64,000 nt of DNA from Bacteroidaceae bacterium (GTDB taxonomy: Bacteria > Bacteroidota > Bacteroidia > Bacteroidales > Bacteroidaceae), in NCBI GenBank assembly GCA_016284045.1, contig JAEEOB010000071.1, forward strand, positions 2,394 through 66,393. The letters run 5' to 3'. The position numbers and the translations under genes are program-made. Shown piece after piece: positions 1 through 8,388 of this stretch. The notes under the pieces are model-generated. The model was given only the letters and a program-made list of their open reading frames with translations, was not told where the DNA came from and ran no database searches. Positions within the stretch are counted from its first letter, which is position 1; each line of letters opens with the position of its first letter.

Positions 1-2626
1 CGGCGTTGTCTCCATCGACAGCGAAGGCAGCGGTGAGTACGGGTTCGTTCAGGTAAGTCAGGTTTCGCGTGGAATTGTCGTAGGTACGCACCTCGTAGTT
101 CACTGCCCAGTCGAAGTCTTCGTTCAGGTCTGTAGGATAGTCACCTCCGCGGGTAGGAATACCCCAGAAGTCCCAGAGGTGGTTGGCATAAGGCACGGTG
201 ATGACATAGTAGTCGGAGTCTGTGCCGTCGCTGGCGGTCACAACGATGGCACCACCCTTGTCGGCGTCGTCGCCTGTGGCTGAGATAGACTCAATCTTAC
301 CCGTCTGCGGGTTGATCGTACCCGTGATGTCGCCCTTGAACTCGGCTGAGTAAATGAGAGACGGATTCAGTCCGCTAATTACAGTCTCAACAGCCATGCC
401 TGCATAGTTGGTCACTTCGTTGAAATCTACAACAACTGATTTCTCGGCGAACGACCACGCACTTTCGTAGGTGAACGACTGCAGCTGGTAAGTGCCCCAT
501 GAGTTCACACCGTTGGAAGACGGAATGTTGGCGTAGAGGTAGTAGGTCTTTCCGGCTGTGAGAATAGCTTCTACATCAACTTCGGAGTTGTTCGTGAAGC
601 TGGAAGTTGGAGTGTAGCTCCAAACTGGTTCAAATTGAGAGTCGCTGGCATCAAGATAGTTCAGTGACTCAATCTGGATGGTTTCCCAGTTGGTTCCGAT
701 GGCGGTTTTGTTCAAACCCATCGTGAGTGTACCGTCAGTCACATTCACCTCAAATGTAAAACGTCCGTTGGTAGCCACCTCTGTAGCGTTCAAAGCAGTG
801 ATAGCCTGAGACTGGCGACCTGCGGCTGTCTCCACAAACACATTGGCGATATTGTTGGCCTGAGAAGCATCCCATGTCCATCCTTCTGGACGTGCCACTT
901 CAGCGCGGTTAGTAAAGCAAGCGTTTGCCTGAAGTACGACTGTGTAACGACCGTTGGCAAGACCCGATACAGTCTGTTTAAGCATATCGCCGGTATTGGA
1001 AATCGTGTTCTCGTATTTCTCAGCCATCTTATAACCATTCACACGAGGAGTTGGTTCACCCGGTGGTGTGGTTCCACTCCACGAAGAGCCATCTTTACTT
1101 ACTTGTCCGGTTACATCGCTTGGCATGGGAGCAAGGTTGTCAGCATCCACCAGATAAACACTGTTGGTACCGCGGAGATAACCTTTTACTGTGAGCTTAC
1201 CAGCAGCTGAAGGCTTAAATGTATAGAAAGTACCCTGATGAGGCAGAACATTACCATTTGAACCGTCATACCAAATTTGCTGCCATCCATTTGAGTCGAG
1301 AGTAGTGGCCACGTTGCCGATGCCATTCTCGTCACGTACAATCGTAATATTGGTTATACCATCCGCATTCTCACCAAATTCCATTGTCATCTTAGGAACC
1401 GAGTTTACTACTCGCTCGCCCAGCTTACCAGGACCTGTCAGCGTATAGGTGTTGCCATCCACACTGAATGTGGCTTCATCGGCAGATATGGTCAGCGTAT
1501 AGCTGGCAGTCATGGTCAGGTTATTATATTTCACGGTTGCATTCACACCTGTAATACCAGTGTTTACACCCATCAAGTCACCCGAGTGTTCCTCTCCACC
1601 AAGTTTCGCAATCTTGGTGTTGCTTACAGAGTATGTCACCTCCGAGTTAGCCGGACAGCAGATTGTCGGCTCATCAATGTCCAAGTCAATCAGCTCTGCT
1701 TCACAGGCGGAGTAGTTGAAAGCAACAGGGTCGTAAACAGTGATATAACGAACTGCAAAATAGTTGCTGGGTTCAACTGTACCTCGCGTCAACCTTACAT
1801 ACCCGTCTGAAGCAGCTATACAGCTGAACTCACCTCCTGCATCAATTGAGCCAGTAGTCAGTTCACTGCCAGACCCGTCAATAGCGTTAGTCACATAAAT
1901 AGTCATACCATGACGGTCTGAACCATCATAACTGCCACCACCTATAGTAACTATCTGACCAGCTGTTACAGGGATGTCAACGGATCCATTTGCTGTTCTG
2001 AAACGAAGTCCCCCCCAAATATTAAAGTCCCCTGATTCTGATCTATTACCATTTATCTTTAGACCGTCTATAACACTTGGAAGATTGTCAGTATTATATC
2101 CGCTGTTTACAAAATCCCAAGTTTTTGAATCCTCAAAATACTCAGAACGCTGCACGGTAATGGAAGAAATCACTTTATAGCGTGGATATGTAAATCCAAA
2201 TGCACCATCAGCGTTTACAGAAAAAGTGCATGTGCCATTAAGTGTGCCATTTGTGTTTACTCCATTAACTAAACCGCTAATAGCATCATTTGTTACAACA
2301 GTCACAATATCGCCAGCTCTCAAGCCGAGTACGGCTACGTTACGGCCACCACTATTATTGTTGTAAAGGCCTGCTGGATTGTCGTTTATCTTCCAATTGC
2401 CAGGACCTTGTAGAGCAATTCCACTTAAAGCACCAGTACAATATGTACAACCAGCATTGTTAATAGTAATGTTTTGGGAGTTGTCGACTTCGCTACCACT
2501 CCAGATGACAGAGGTAAAGTCCCACGACTTCACATTTATCAGTCGTGTTCCTGCCCACGCACTCCCGGTTCCTATCAGCATCAATGCTAATAGCAACCAA
2601 GATTGAAAAAGTAGTTTTTTTCTCAT
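1..2626 (-). CDS. large secreted protein of unknown function (N-terminal ~875 aa; 3' end lies beyond the window)
   Basis: ATG at 2626-2624 followed by a signal-peptide-like MRKKLLFQSWLLLALMLIGTGSAWA. The frame was checked open by hand at both ends, and no competing long ORF is in the track over 1-2626. It is absent from the track because it has no stop inside the window. No family recognised. Confidence 0.65.
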   Translation of the reverse strand, partial: MRKKLLFQSWLLLALMLIGTGSAWAGTRLINVKSWDFTSVIWSGSEVDNSQNITINNAGCTYCTGALSGIALQGPGNWKINDNPAGLYNNNSGGRNVAVLGLRAGDIVTVVTNDAISGLVNGVNTNGTLNGTCTFSVNADGAFGFTYPRYKVISSITVQRSEYFEDSKTWDFVNSGYNTDNLPSVIDGLKINGNRSESGDFNIWGGLRFRTANGSVDIPVTAGQIVTIGGGSYDGSDRHGMTIYVTNAIDGSGSELTTGSIDAGGEFSCIAASDGYVRLTRGTVEPSNYFAVRYITVYDPVAFNYSACEAELIDLDIDEPTICCPANSEVTYSVSNTKIAKLGGEEHSGDLMGVNTGITGVNATVKYNNLTMTASYTLTISADEATFSVDGNTYTLTGPGKLGERVVNSVPKMTMEFGENADGITNITIVRDENGIGNVATTLDSNGWQQIWYDGSNGNVLPHQGTFYTFKPSAAGKLTVKGYLRGTNSVYLVDADNLAPMPSDVTGQVSKDGSSWSGTTPPGEPTPRVNGYKMAEKYENTISNTGDMLKQTVSGLANGRYTVVLQANACFTNRAEVARPEGWTWDASQANNIANVFVETAAGRQSQAITALNATEVATNGRFTFEVNVTDGTLTMGLNKTAIGTNWETIQIESLNYLDASDSQFEPVWSYTPTSSFTNNSEVDVEAILTAGKTYYLYANIPSSNGVNSWGTYQLQSFTYESAWSFAEKSVVVDFNEVTNYAGMAVETVISGLNPSLIYSAEFKGDITGTINPQTGKIESISATGDDADKGGAIVVTASDGTDSDYYVITVPYANHLWDFWGIPTRGGDYPTDLNEDFDWAVNYEVRTYDNSTRNLTYLNEPVLTAAFAVDGDNA

Positions 2627-3107
2627 GATTGTTTTGTTAAAAGATTTAGTTAAGTTAAACATATATTTTTTTTGTTTAGAGTTTAGAGTTGAGGGTTTAG
2701 AGTGTAGTAAGCTCAGCAATGGATTGCAGTCGATGTTTTCTTGTGATTTGGCATCCATAAAGCAGTCCCACACACACCGCAAAGCAGACCTGATGGTGGC
2801 AGGTCTGGTGTTGGATTAACTGAAATCTTGTCAGAAAATGGTCTGTTAGCAGATAAGTAGTAAATTGGTTGTTGTATCGTCAGTCATGCAGACAAGTCGC
2901 TATGCCTTCGCTGTTCCGGCATTCTTCACCGTATTTCTCTTCTTTCCCGTCGTTCGCTACAATTATCGCAAATCCTCTCTCACGTCTCAAAATCCTTTAA
3001 CTTTCAGCCGGTTCTTTCGTCTTTCGATCTATATTGTCTGCCAAGGCGTTAGGAATACCGCGGGGACTCACGCACCCAGTGCGGTATGTATGTTCTATAA
3101 TTCCGTG

Positions 3108-3115
3108 CAAAGTTA
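3108..3115 (-). promoter_or_regulatory. candidate -7 box TAACTTTG (Bacteroidetes TAnnTTTG)
   Basis: Plus strand reads caaagtta. It is the only such box upstream of the start at 2626, which implies a ~480 nt leader. Confidence 0.35.
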
Positions 3116-3152
3116 CGGATTTTCCGTTAAATTCAGTTACAAATCATTAAAG

Positions 3153-3176
3153 AATTTTACGTTTTGACGTAAAATT
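3153..3176. promoter_or_regulatory. perfect 10-bp inverted repeat AATTTTACGT-N4-ACGTAAAATT, candidate operator
   Basis: Read directly from the sequence. Centred ~50 bp upstream of the 3108-3115 box on the minus strand. Confidence 0.3.
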
Positions 3177-3236
3177 TCAACTTATTGGAAGTGAATGGTA
3201 TCAGATTGTAAAAAAGAGGAAGAGAGAGGAGGATTT

Positions 3237-3440
3237 GGCCGTGCTTCGCCGGCCGATACTGCGAGACACGAGGTCTCGCCTACCTCTCCCGTGGGGTAAT
3301 TGAAATGCAGAAGGTATCAGAGACGCAGGAGGCTCTGAAAAGCAAAAGGCCAGGGCTTCAAGAAGGGAGCATAGCTTATTCTGCAACCGTAAGCCCTCAA
3401 GAAATCGCAGAGGAGAGGTAGGCAGGACCTTGTGTCCTGC
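3237..3440. repeat. REPIN-like doublet, left flank of the RAYT gene
   Basis: Contains GCGAGAC-ACGAG-GTCTCGC-CTAC (3261-3289) and GTAG-GCAGGAC-CTTGT-GTCCTGC (3412-3440). Long blocks are near-identical to 4641-4892. Confidence 0.8.
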
Positions 3441-3448
3441 AATCATAA

Positions 3449-4549
3449 TCAGCTATGCAGGCCACATAATCGGCAGATGTCAGCCGCCATCTGGTTGAGA
3501 GCAAGGCACTGCTCGCGTGTAATAGGACGTTTTTCGTTATGATGACCCCATGGTGCAAGAAAAAGAATCTTCCCCATCGCACAGGCCTCCAAATAAGCAG
3601 CTGGCGGCTTATAAAACTCACTGAAACCGTTTTCCAAAAGTACAATCAACGAAAATCCAGAATCGAACAGATTGCGCGTCACCACTTTCTCACCAGCACT
3701 GATACAAGGAGTGACAAACACAGCGCCTTGCATGGCCTGCACCACGCATTTTGTTATTTCTTTCTCAATGTCAGATTCTCCCATTCTTCTTGAGCACTGC
3801 AACTGAATGAGCCTTCCGTTCAATAGATTGAAATTACCCACATAGTGAAAGGAATAGCCTGCAATTTCAGCTTGTTTGACATGAAAAAAATCCTGGCTCA
3901 GCAACTTTATTGCAAGCCGCCGGGGATTGTCGTAAATGTAATGGAGAAGTGTTTTGCGCCGTTCATCACTCGTTACGATACTATCTGCGAACCCATTTTC
4001 CCACAGTTGCAATACGGAACATCCCCGCTCTTTGAAGTCAGGTCCGTTTATCAGCTGGTTATATTTCCTAGTGGTGAGAAATTTGAAACGGCCGATTATC
4101 TTTCCAATCGGCATAGGAAGCTGAGCTCTTACCTGCAACATTCCATGTATGTGGTCCGGCATGATTTGCAGTGCGACATTGTCAATCTGGCTGTATTCCA
4201 AAGGGATTTCTTCCCATTGCGATTTTATCATCTCCCCCACAGCCGAGAGTTGGATGTATGGAAGTTTCTCTCGTTTTTCTACGGATGTCTGATGTCCCAC
4301 AGGAGAGGTAGGCAGGACCTCGTGTCCTGCTTTTCGATTATCAAAGGACGCAGAAAATCCATGTGGTATGACCAGCTTCCCAAACAAATGGCGTCGTTCA
4401 TTCAGACAAATCGTAAACATATACGTTGCCTTATCTTTGTAGTCATGGATGTCGCAGCGACGGTGCATGGATGGCTTACTGCCTTTTGCGTATTTTTTAT
4501 GGTCTGATCGTTGCTTTACGAATTCCTCTGGTGTTTTCTTTTTTGCCAT
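3449..4549 (-). CDS. IS200/Y1-family HUH tyrosine transposase, REP-associated (RAYT-like), with a ~140 aa C-terminal extension
   Basis: 366 aa. HUH motif QIMPDHIHGML, then WENGFADSIV...LLHYIYDNPRRL (Tyr motif of the YIxxNP type). Flanked by GTAG-hairpin repeats. Confidence 0.75.
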   Translation of the reverse strand: MAKKKTPEEFVKQRSDHKKYAKGSKPSMHRRCDIHDYKDKATYMFTICLNERRHLFGKLVIPHGFSASFDNRKAGHEVLPTSPVGHQTSVEKREKLPYIQLSAVGEMIKSQWEEIPLEYSQIDNVALQIMPDHIHGMLQVRAQLPMPIGKIIGRFKFLTTRKYNQLINGPDFKERGCSVLQLWENGFADSIVTSDERRKTLLHYIYDNPRRLAIKLLSQDFFHVKQAEIAGYSFHYVGNFNLLNGRLIQLQCSRRMGESDIEKEITKCVVQAMQGAVFVTPCISAGEKVVTRNLFDSGFSLIVLLENGFSEFYKPPAAYLEACAMGKILFLAPWGHHNEKRPITREQCLALNQMAADICRLCGLHS

Positions 4550-4568
4550 TGGAGCTCTTTTTTAGATG

Positions 4569-4576
4569 CAAAAATA
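4569..4576 (-). promoter_or_regulatory. candidate -7 box TATTTTTG for the RAYT gene
   Basis: Plus strand reads caaaaata, ~20 nt upstream of the ATG at 4549. Confidence 0.3.
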
Positions 4577-4640
4577 AGGAAAAAGAAGAAAACGAGAAAG
4601 GTTTTTTCCTTTTTTAACTTTTTATTGAAGGTGGTGATGG

Positions 4641-4892
4641 GGCCGTGCTTCGCCGGCCGCTATTGCGAGACACCAGGTCTCGCCTACCTCTCCCTTGGGG
4701 TAACTAAAATGCAGAAGGTATCGGGAAATGCCATACCGGCCAAGAAAAGGAACAGAAGGAATCAGGAAAGCTACGCTGGCTAAGAAAAGGAACAGAAGGA
4801 ATCTATATAGGAAAAGGTGGCTCAAACCTGCTCTGCAACCGTAAGCCCTCAAGAAAACGCACAGGAGAGGTAGGCAGGACCTTGTGTCCTGC
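4641..4892. repeat. REPIN-like doublet, right flank of the RAYT gene
   Basis: Contains GCGAGAC-ACCAG-GTCTCGC-CTAC (4665-4693) and GTAG-GCAGGAC-CTTGT-GTCCTGC (4864-4892). Has an internal 22-nt duplication of aagaaaaggaacagaaggaatc. Confidence 0.8.
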
Positions 4893-4931
4893 AAAAAAGC
4901 AAAAAAACGCCCAAGCAATCCAGCTTGGGCG
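4893..4931 (-). terminator. Rho-independent terminator of tsf
   Basis: On the minus strand: CGCCCAAGC-TGGATT-GCTTGGGCG followed by a T-rich tract (TTTTTTTGCTTTTTT). Confidence 0.75.
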
Positions 4932-4956
4932 GCTTTAACTTATTTAGATATACTGA

Positions 4957-5949
4957 TTACTCAGCGCGGAGTGTGTAGCGCTTGAAGTCAACGACTGTGA
5001 GGTCTTTGTCAACGCTCTTGAGGTAGTCAGCAACAGAAAGCTTAGCATCGTCGATGTAAGCCTGATTGAGGAGGCAAACCTCCTTGTAGTACTTGTTGAG
5101 ACGTCCCTGAGCAATCATCTCAATCTTCTTCTCATTGAGGTTCTGACGTGCAGACTCACCCACAGTGGCGATGATCTCACGTGCCTGAGCACCCTGCTCC
5201 TCAGTGATGTACCCTTTTGTGATGTTAGAGTTGATGTGGTCTTCACTGTCAACGAGGTTCGGGTTGATACCAGCCTTCTTGAGCTGAACCTCAATGGCGC
5301 GCTTCACCTCATCCTCCTTTGTCTTGTCGATGATAGCAGCAAGCTCCTTAGCCTTGTCAGCGTCGGAAATCTGGCTCTCATCGAGTGCGATAGGGCTCAT
5401 GGCAGCCACCTGCATGGCAACGCCCTTAGCCACCTCGTCAGAACAGTCCTTGTTGAATGCGACGAGTGTGCAGAGGAAGCTCTGGCTCATGTGGTTGTAA
5501 GCCACCACCTTCTCGCCCTCAACGGTTGCATATCCGTCGAGCTCCATCTTCTCACCAGTCACACCTGAGCGGTTCACCACAGCCTCAGAAGCCGGACCAC
5601 CGTCGATATCGAGTGCGTTCACCTCTTCCTGAGTCTTAGCCTTAGCAGCCACAGCAGCGTCGATCACCTTGTTTGCAAGAGCCACGAAGTCAGCGTTCTT
5701 AGCCACGAAGTCGGTCTCACACTTCAGCGCGAGCAGCGCACCGAACTTACCGTCAACCTTAGCGAGGACGCATCCCTCAGCAGCCTCGCGGTCGGAACGC
5801 TTAGCTGCCACCATCTGTCCTTTCTTACGAAGAATCTCCATTGCGGCGTCCATGTCGCCGTTAGCCTCTGTCAGTGCCTTCTTGCAGTCCATCAGACCAG
5901 CCTGAGTCTTCTGACGAAGCGCATTTATGTCTTGTAATGTAATAGCCAT
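4957..5949 (-). CDS. tsf: translation elongation factor Ts
   Basis: 330 aa. N-terminus MAITLQDINALRQKTQAGLMDCKKAL is typical of EF-Ts, and it sits directly downstream of rpsB. Confidence 0.97.
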   Translation of the reverse strand: MAITLQDINALRQKTQAGLMDCKKALTEANGDMDAAMEILRKKGQMVAAKRSDREAAEGCVLAKVDGKFGALLALKCETDFVAKNADFVALANKVIDAAVAAKAKTQEEVNALDIDGGPASEAVVNRSGVTGEKMELDGYATVEGEKVVAYNHMSQSFLCTLVAFNKDCSDEVAKGVAMQVAAMSPIALDESQISDADKAKELAAIIDKTKEDEVKRAIEVQLKKAGINPNLVDSEDHINSNITKGYITEEQGAQAREIIATVGESARQNLNEKKIEMIAQGRLNKYYKEVCLLNQAYIDDAKLSVADYLKSVDKDLTVVDFKRYTLRAE

Positions 5950-6019
5950 TTTGATATTAAAATTAAAAGATTTACGAATTAAGATTTTTTTCGGATTTCT
6001 CGGAGATTCCGGCTTACCT

Positions 6020-6045
6020 GGAAATTCCGGAAATTCCGGAAAAAC
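6020..6045. repeat. tandem 9-bp word GGAAATTCC x2.8 in the rpsB-tsf spacer
   Basis: ggaaattcc ggaaattcc ggaaaaac read directly from the sequence. Confidence 0.8.
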
Positions 6046-6062
6046 TTAAATTGCTGTTTGTA

Positions 6063-6974
6063 TTACTCAGCAGCCTCTTCCTTTGCCGGAGCCTCAGGCT
6101 CAGCCTTAGGTGCCTCAGCAGGAGCAGCCTCTTCCTCAGCAGGAGCGGCCTCTTCCTTTACGGGAGCCTCTGCAGCCTCTGCTTTCTTCTCAGCGCGTGC
6201 TTTGGAGATACGCTTTCTCATCGGACGGTCCTCAGGAACAGTCTCCTCAGTTACCTCGCCAGCAGCTTCCATATCCACACGCTCAGCCTTGCGCTCCTCG
6301 ATACCCTCTGCGATAGCAGCCACACACGCGTCAACAATAACTTCGATAGACTTGGTTGCGTCGTCGTTTGCCGGGATAACGAAATCCACGTTTGTAGGGT
6401 CGGAGTTGGTATCCACTATTCCGAACACAGGAATACCCAGACGGTTAGCCTCTTTCACTGCGATGTTCTCCTTCATCACGTCGATAACGAAGAGAGCATA
6501 AGGAAGACGCTTGAGGTCAGCGATAGATCCTAGGTTCTTCTCCAGCTTCTCGCGCTTACGGCGGATCTGAAGGTTCTCACGCTTCGACAGCTTGTCGTAT
6601 GTACCGTCGGCAAGCATCTTGTCGATGTTCGCCATTTTCTTCACTGCCTTACGGATAGTGGGGAAGTTGGTGAGCATACCGCCCGGCCAACGCTCAATCA
6701 CGTATGGCATACCAACAGATGCGGCTTTCTCAGCCACCACTTCTTTAGCCTGCTTCTTAGTAGCAACAAATAAGATACGCTCTCCCTTCTTGGCAATCGC
6801 CTTCAGTGCCTCAGCGGCCTGGTCGATTTTAGCCACAGTCTTGTGGAGGTCTATGATATGGATGCCGTTGCGCTCCATGAAGATGTACGGAGCCATAGCG
6901 GGGTTCCACTTTCTTTTCAGGTGGCCGAAATGGCTGCCTGCTGCAAGTAATGTCTCAAATGATGTTCTTGCCAT
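6063..6974 (-). CDS. rpsB: 30S ribosomal protein S2 with an Ala/Glu/Pro-rich C-terminal tail
   Basis: 303 aa. MARTSFETLLAAGSHFGH... and ...NRLGIPVFGIVDTNSDP are typical of S2. The last ~60 aa are low-complexity (AEAAEAPVKEEAAPAEEEAAPAEAPKAEPEAPAKEEAAE). Confidence 0.97.
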   Translation of the reverse strand: MARTSFETLLAAGSHFGHLKRKWNPAMAPYIFMERNGIHIIDLHKTVAKIDQAAEALKAIAKKGERILFVATKKQAKEVVAEKAASVGMPYVIERWPGGMLTNFPTIRKAVKKMANIDKMLADGTYDKLSKRENLQIRRKREKLEKNLGSIADLKRLPYALFVIDVMKENIAVKEANRLGIPVFGIVDTNSDPTNVDFVIPANDDATKSIEVIVDACVAAIAEGIEERKAERVDMEAAGEVTEETVPEDRPMRKRISKARAEKKAEAAEAPVKEEAAPAEEEAAPAEAPKAEPEAPAKEEAAE

Positions 6975-7240
6975 AATAGTTTACTTTCTTTTTTAAGTTT
7001 TTGTTCAAACCCAACCGGAGAGTAACTCGGTATTTTGATATTTATGATTAACAAATTTACGATTTATCTGTCAGCCTATTCAATTGGCTTCAAATTCGTC
7101 CACCCAAAGACTCAAAAACAGAAAATCTTTAATTCATAAATCCTTAAATATTGAAATCTAAGGTCTTCCCGGTTTAGATACTAAACGAATTGATAATAAA
7201 AAAATTTGATTTAAAATATATTCGTCAGTAAGTAATGAAA

Positions 7241-7248
7241 ACAAAGTT
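7241..7248 (-). promoter_or_regulatory. candidate -7 box TAACTTTG upstream of rpsB
   Basis: Plus strand reads caaagtta. Would give a ~260 nt rpsB leader. Confidence 0.3.
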
Positions 7249-7269
7249 AAAGAAAACCGTTGTGTTCGA

Positions 7270-7656
7270 TTAACGTTTACTGAACTGGAATCTGCGGCGT
7301 GCCTTCGGACGACCCGGCTTCTTACGCTCAACCACACGTGAGTCGCGGGTGATGAACCCAGCCTGACGGAGCGCCTTCTTGTCGTCGGCGTTGATTTTCA
7401 CGAGCGCCCTTGCAATAGCAAGACGAAGCGCCTGTGACTGCCCTGTGTAACCGCCTCCGAAGAGGTTCACTTTGATGTCGTACTTCTCTGCCACGTCGAG
7501 GAGTGTGAGCGGCTGCTTCACAACGAACTGTATTAACTCAGACGGGAAATAGTCGGCGAGGTCACGCTTGTTGATAGTGATCTTACCAGTACCCTCTTTC
7601 ATATAGATACGGGCAACAGCTGCTTTACGGCGGCCCAATGCATTAATTACTTCCAT
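7270..7656 (-). CDS. rpsI: 30S ribosomal protein S9
   Basis: 128 aa. C-terminus GRPKARRRFQFSKR is typical of S9. Follows rplM. Confidence 0.97.
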   Translation of the reverse strand: MEVINALGRRKAAVARIYMKEGTGKITINKRDLADYFPSELIQFVVKQPLTLLDVAEKYDIKVNLFGGGYTGQSQALRLAIARALVKINADDKKALRQAGFITRDSRVVERKKPGRPKARRRFQFSKR

Positions 7657-7665
7657 GTTGAATGA

Positions 7666-8127
7666 TTATTTAAGCGTGTTAATATCAATAGTCACTGGGC
7701 TCTGTGCTTCCTTGTTGTGCTCAGGACCTTCAAAAATGTAGAGGTTTTTCAGCACTTTAGCTCCAAGACGTCCCTTAGGAAGCATGCCTTTCACTGCATG
7801 ACGAACAATTCTCTCATATCCCTTCGGGCGTTTTGCAAGGTCTTGCATACTGATTCTATGCTGACCTCCTGGATAACCAGAGAAAGTGATGAGTTCTTTC
7901 TCCGCCCACTTGTTGCCAGAGAACTGCACTTTGTTCGCATTGATGATAATCACGTTGTCTCCACAGTCCTGATTGGGTGTGAAGCATGGCTTGTATTTGC
8001 CACGTAGAATTTTCGCTACTTTTGAGCACAGACGGCCTACAATCTGGTCGGTGGCATCCACCACCACCCATTTTTTGTCAGCCTCCTGAGGTGTTGCGAA
8101 ATGAGTTGAGAAACTTAACGTTTTCAT
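7666..8127 (-). CDS. rplM: 50S ribosomal protein L13
   Basis: 153 aa. KKWVVVDATDQIVGRLCSKVAKILRGK is typical of the L13 N-terminus. Confidence 0.97.
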   Translation of the reverse strand: MKTLSFSTHFATPQEADKKWVVVDATDQIVGRLCSKVAKILRGKYKPCFTPNQDCGDNVIIINANKVQFSGNKWAEKELITFSGYPGGQHRISMQDLAKRPKGYERIVRHAVKGMLPKGRLGAKVLKNLYIFEGPEHNKEAQSPVTIDINTLK

Positions 8128-8263
8128 TCTTTAATTTTACTTTTTTGTTGTTACTAAATAGCTTACTGCCAGTGATTCACGGACCATGCTCCCGGCTAAT
8201 AGGACACACTATCCACACACCAACAAAGACACGCTTCGGGGAGCGCGTCTGTAAAATGGACTG

Positions 8264-8271
8264 CAAAGTTA
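8264..8271 (-). promoter_or_regulatory. candidate -7 box TAACTTTG of the rplM operon
   Basis: Plus strand reads caaagtta, ~135 nt upstream of the rplM ATG. Confidence 0.45.
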
Positions 8272-8388
8272 CGAAAAAACCTCCACACAACCAAACAATT
8301 GCACACTTTTTCTCAACATTTTTTTGATTTTCTTGTGGAAAGGGATTATTCAGCAACGAATTGCACCCGGCAAAATGTTAATACTAAC

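Larger units (their letters stand above)
3237..4892 (-). mobile_element. RAYT gene plus flanking REPIN-like doublets
   Basis: A transposase-family CDS bracketed by directly repeated composite hairpin blocks, inserted directly after the tsf terminator. Confidence 0.55.

Noticed and set aside
2627-3107. Known riboswitch (cobalamin, TPP) in the long leader
   Set aside because: Fragments such as GGGAA...GGTGAAGAATGCC are superficially B12-like. The conserved CCCGC-ACTG / B12-box elements and the TPP CTGAGA/ACCTGATCTGGATAATGCCAGCG elements are absent.
3201-3446. 81-aa ORF (and the 98-aa ORF 4622-4918) flanking the RAYT gene
   Set aside because: Both are read-throughs of the REPIN-like repeat blocks; for example, GHKVLPTSP is simply the hairpin translated. 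The 220-aa ORF 3845-4507 is antisense to the RAYT gene.
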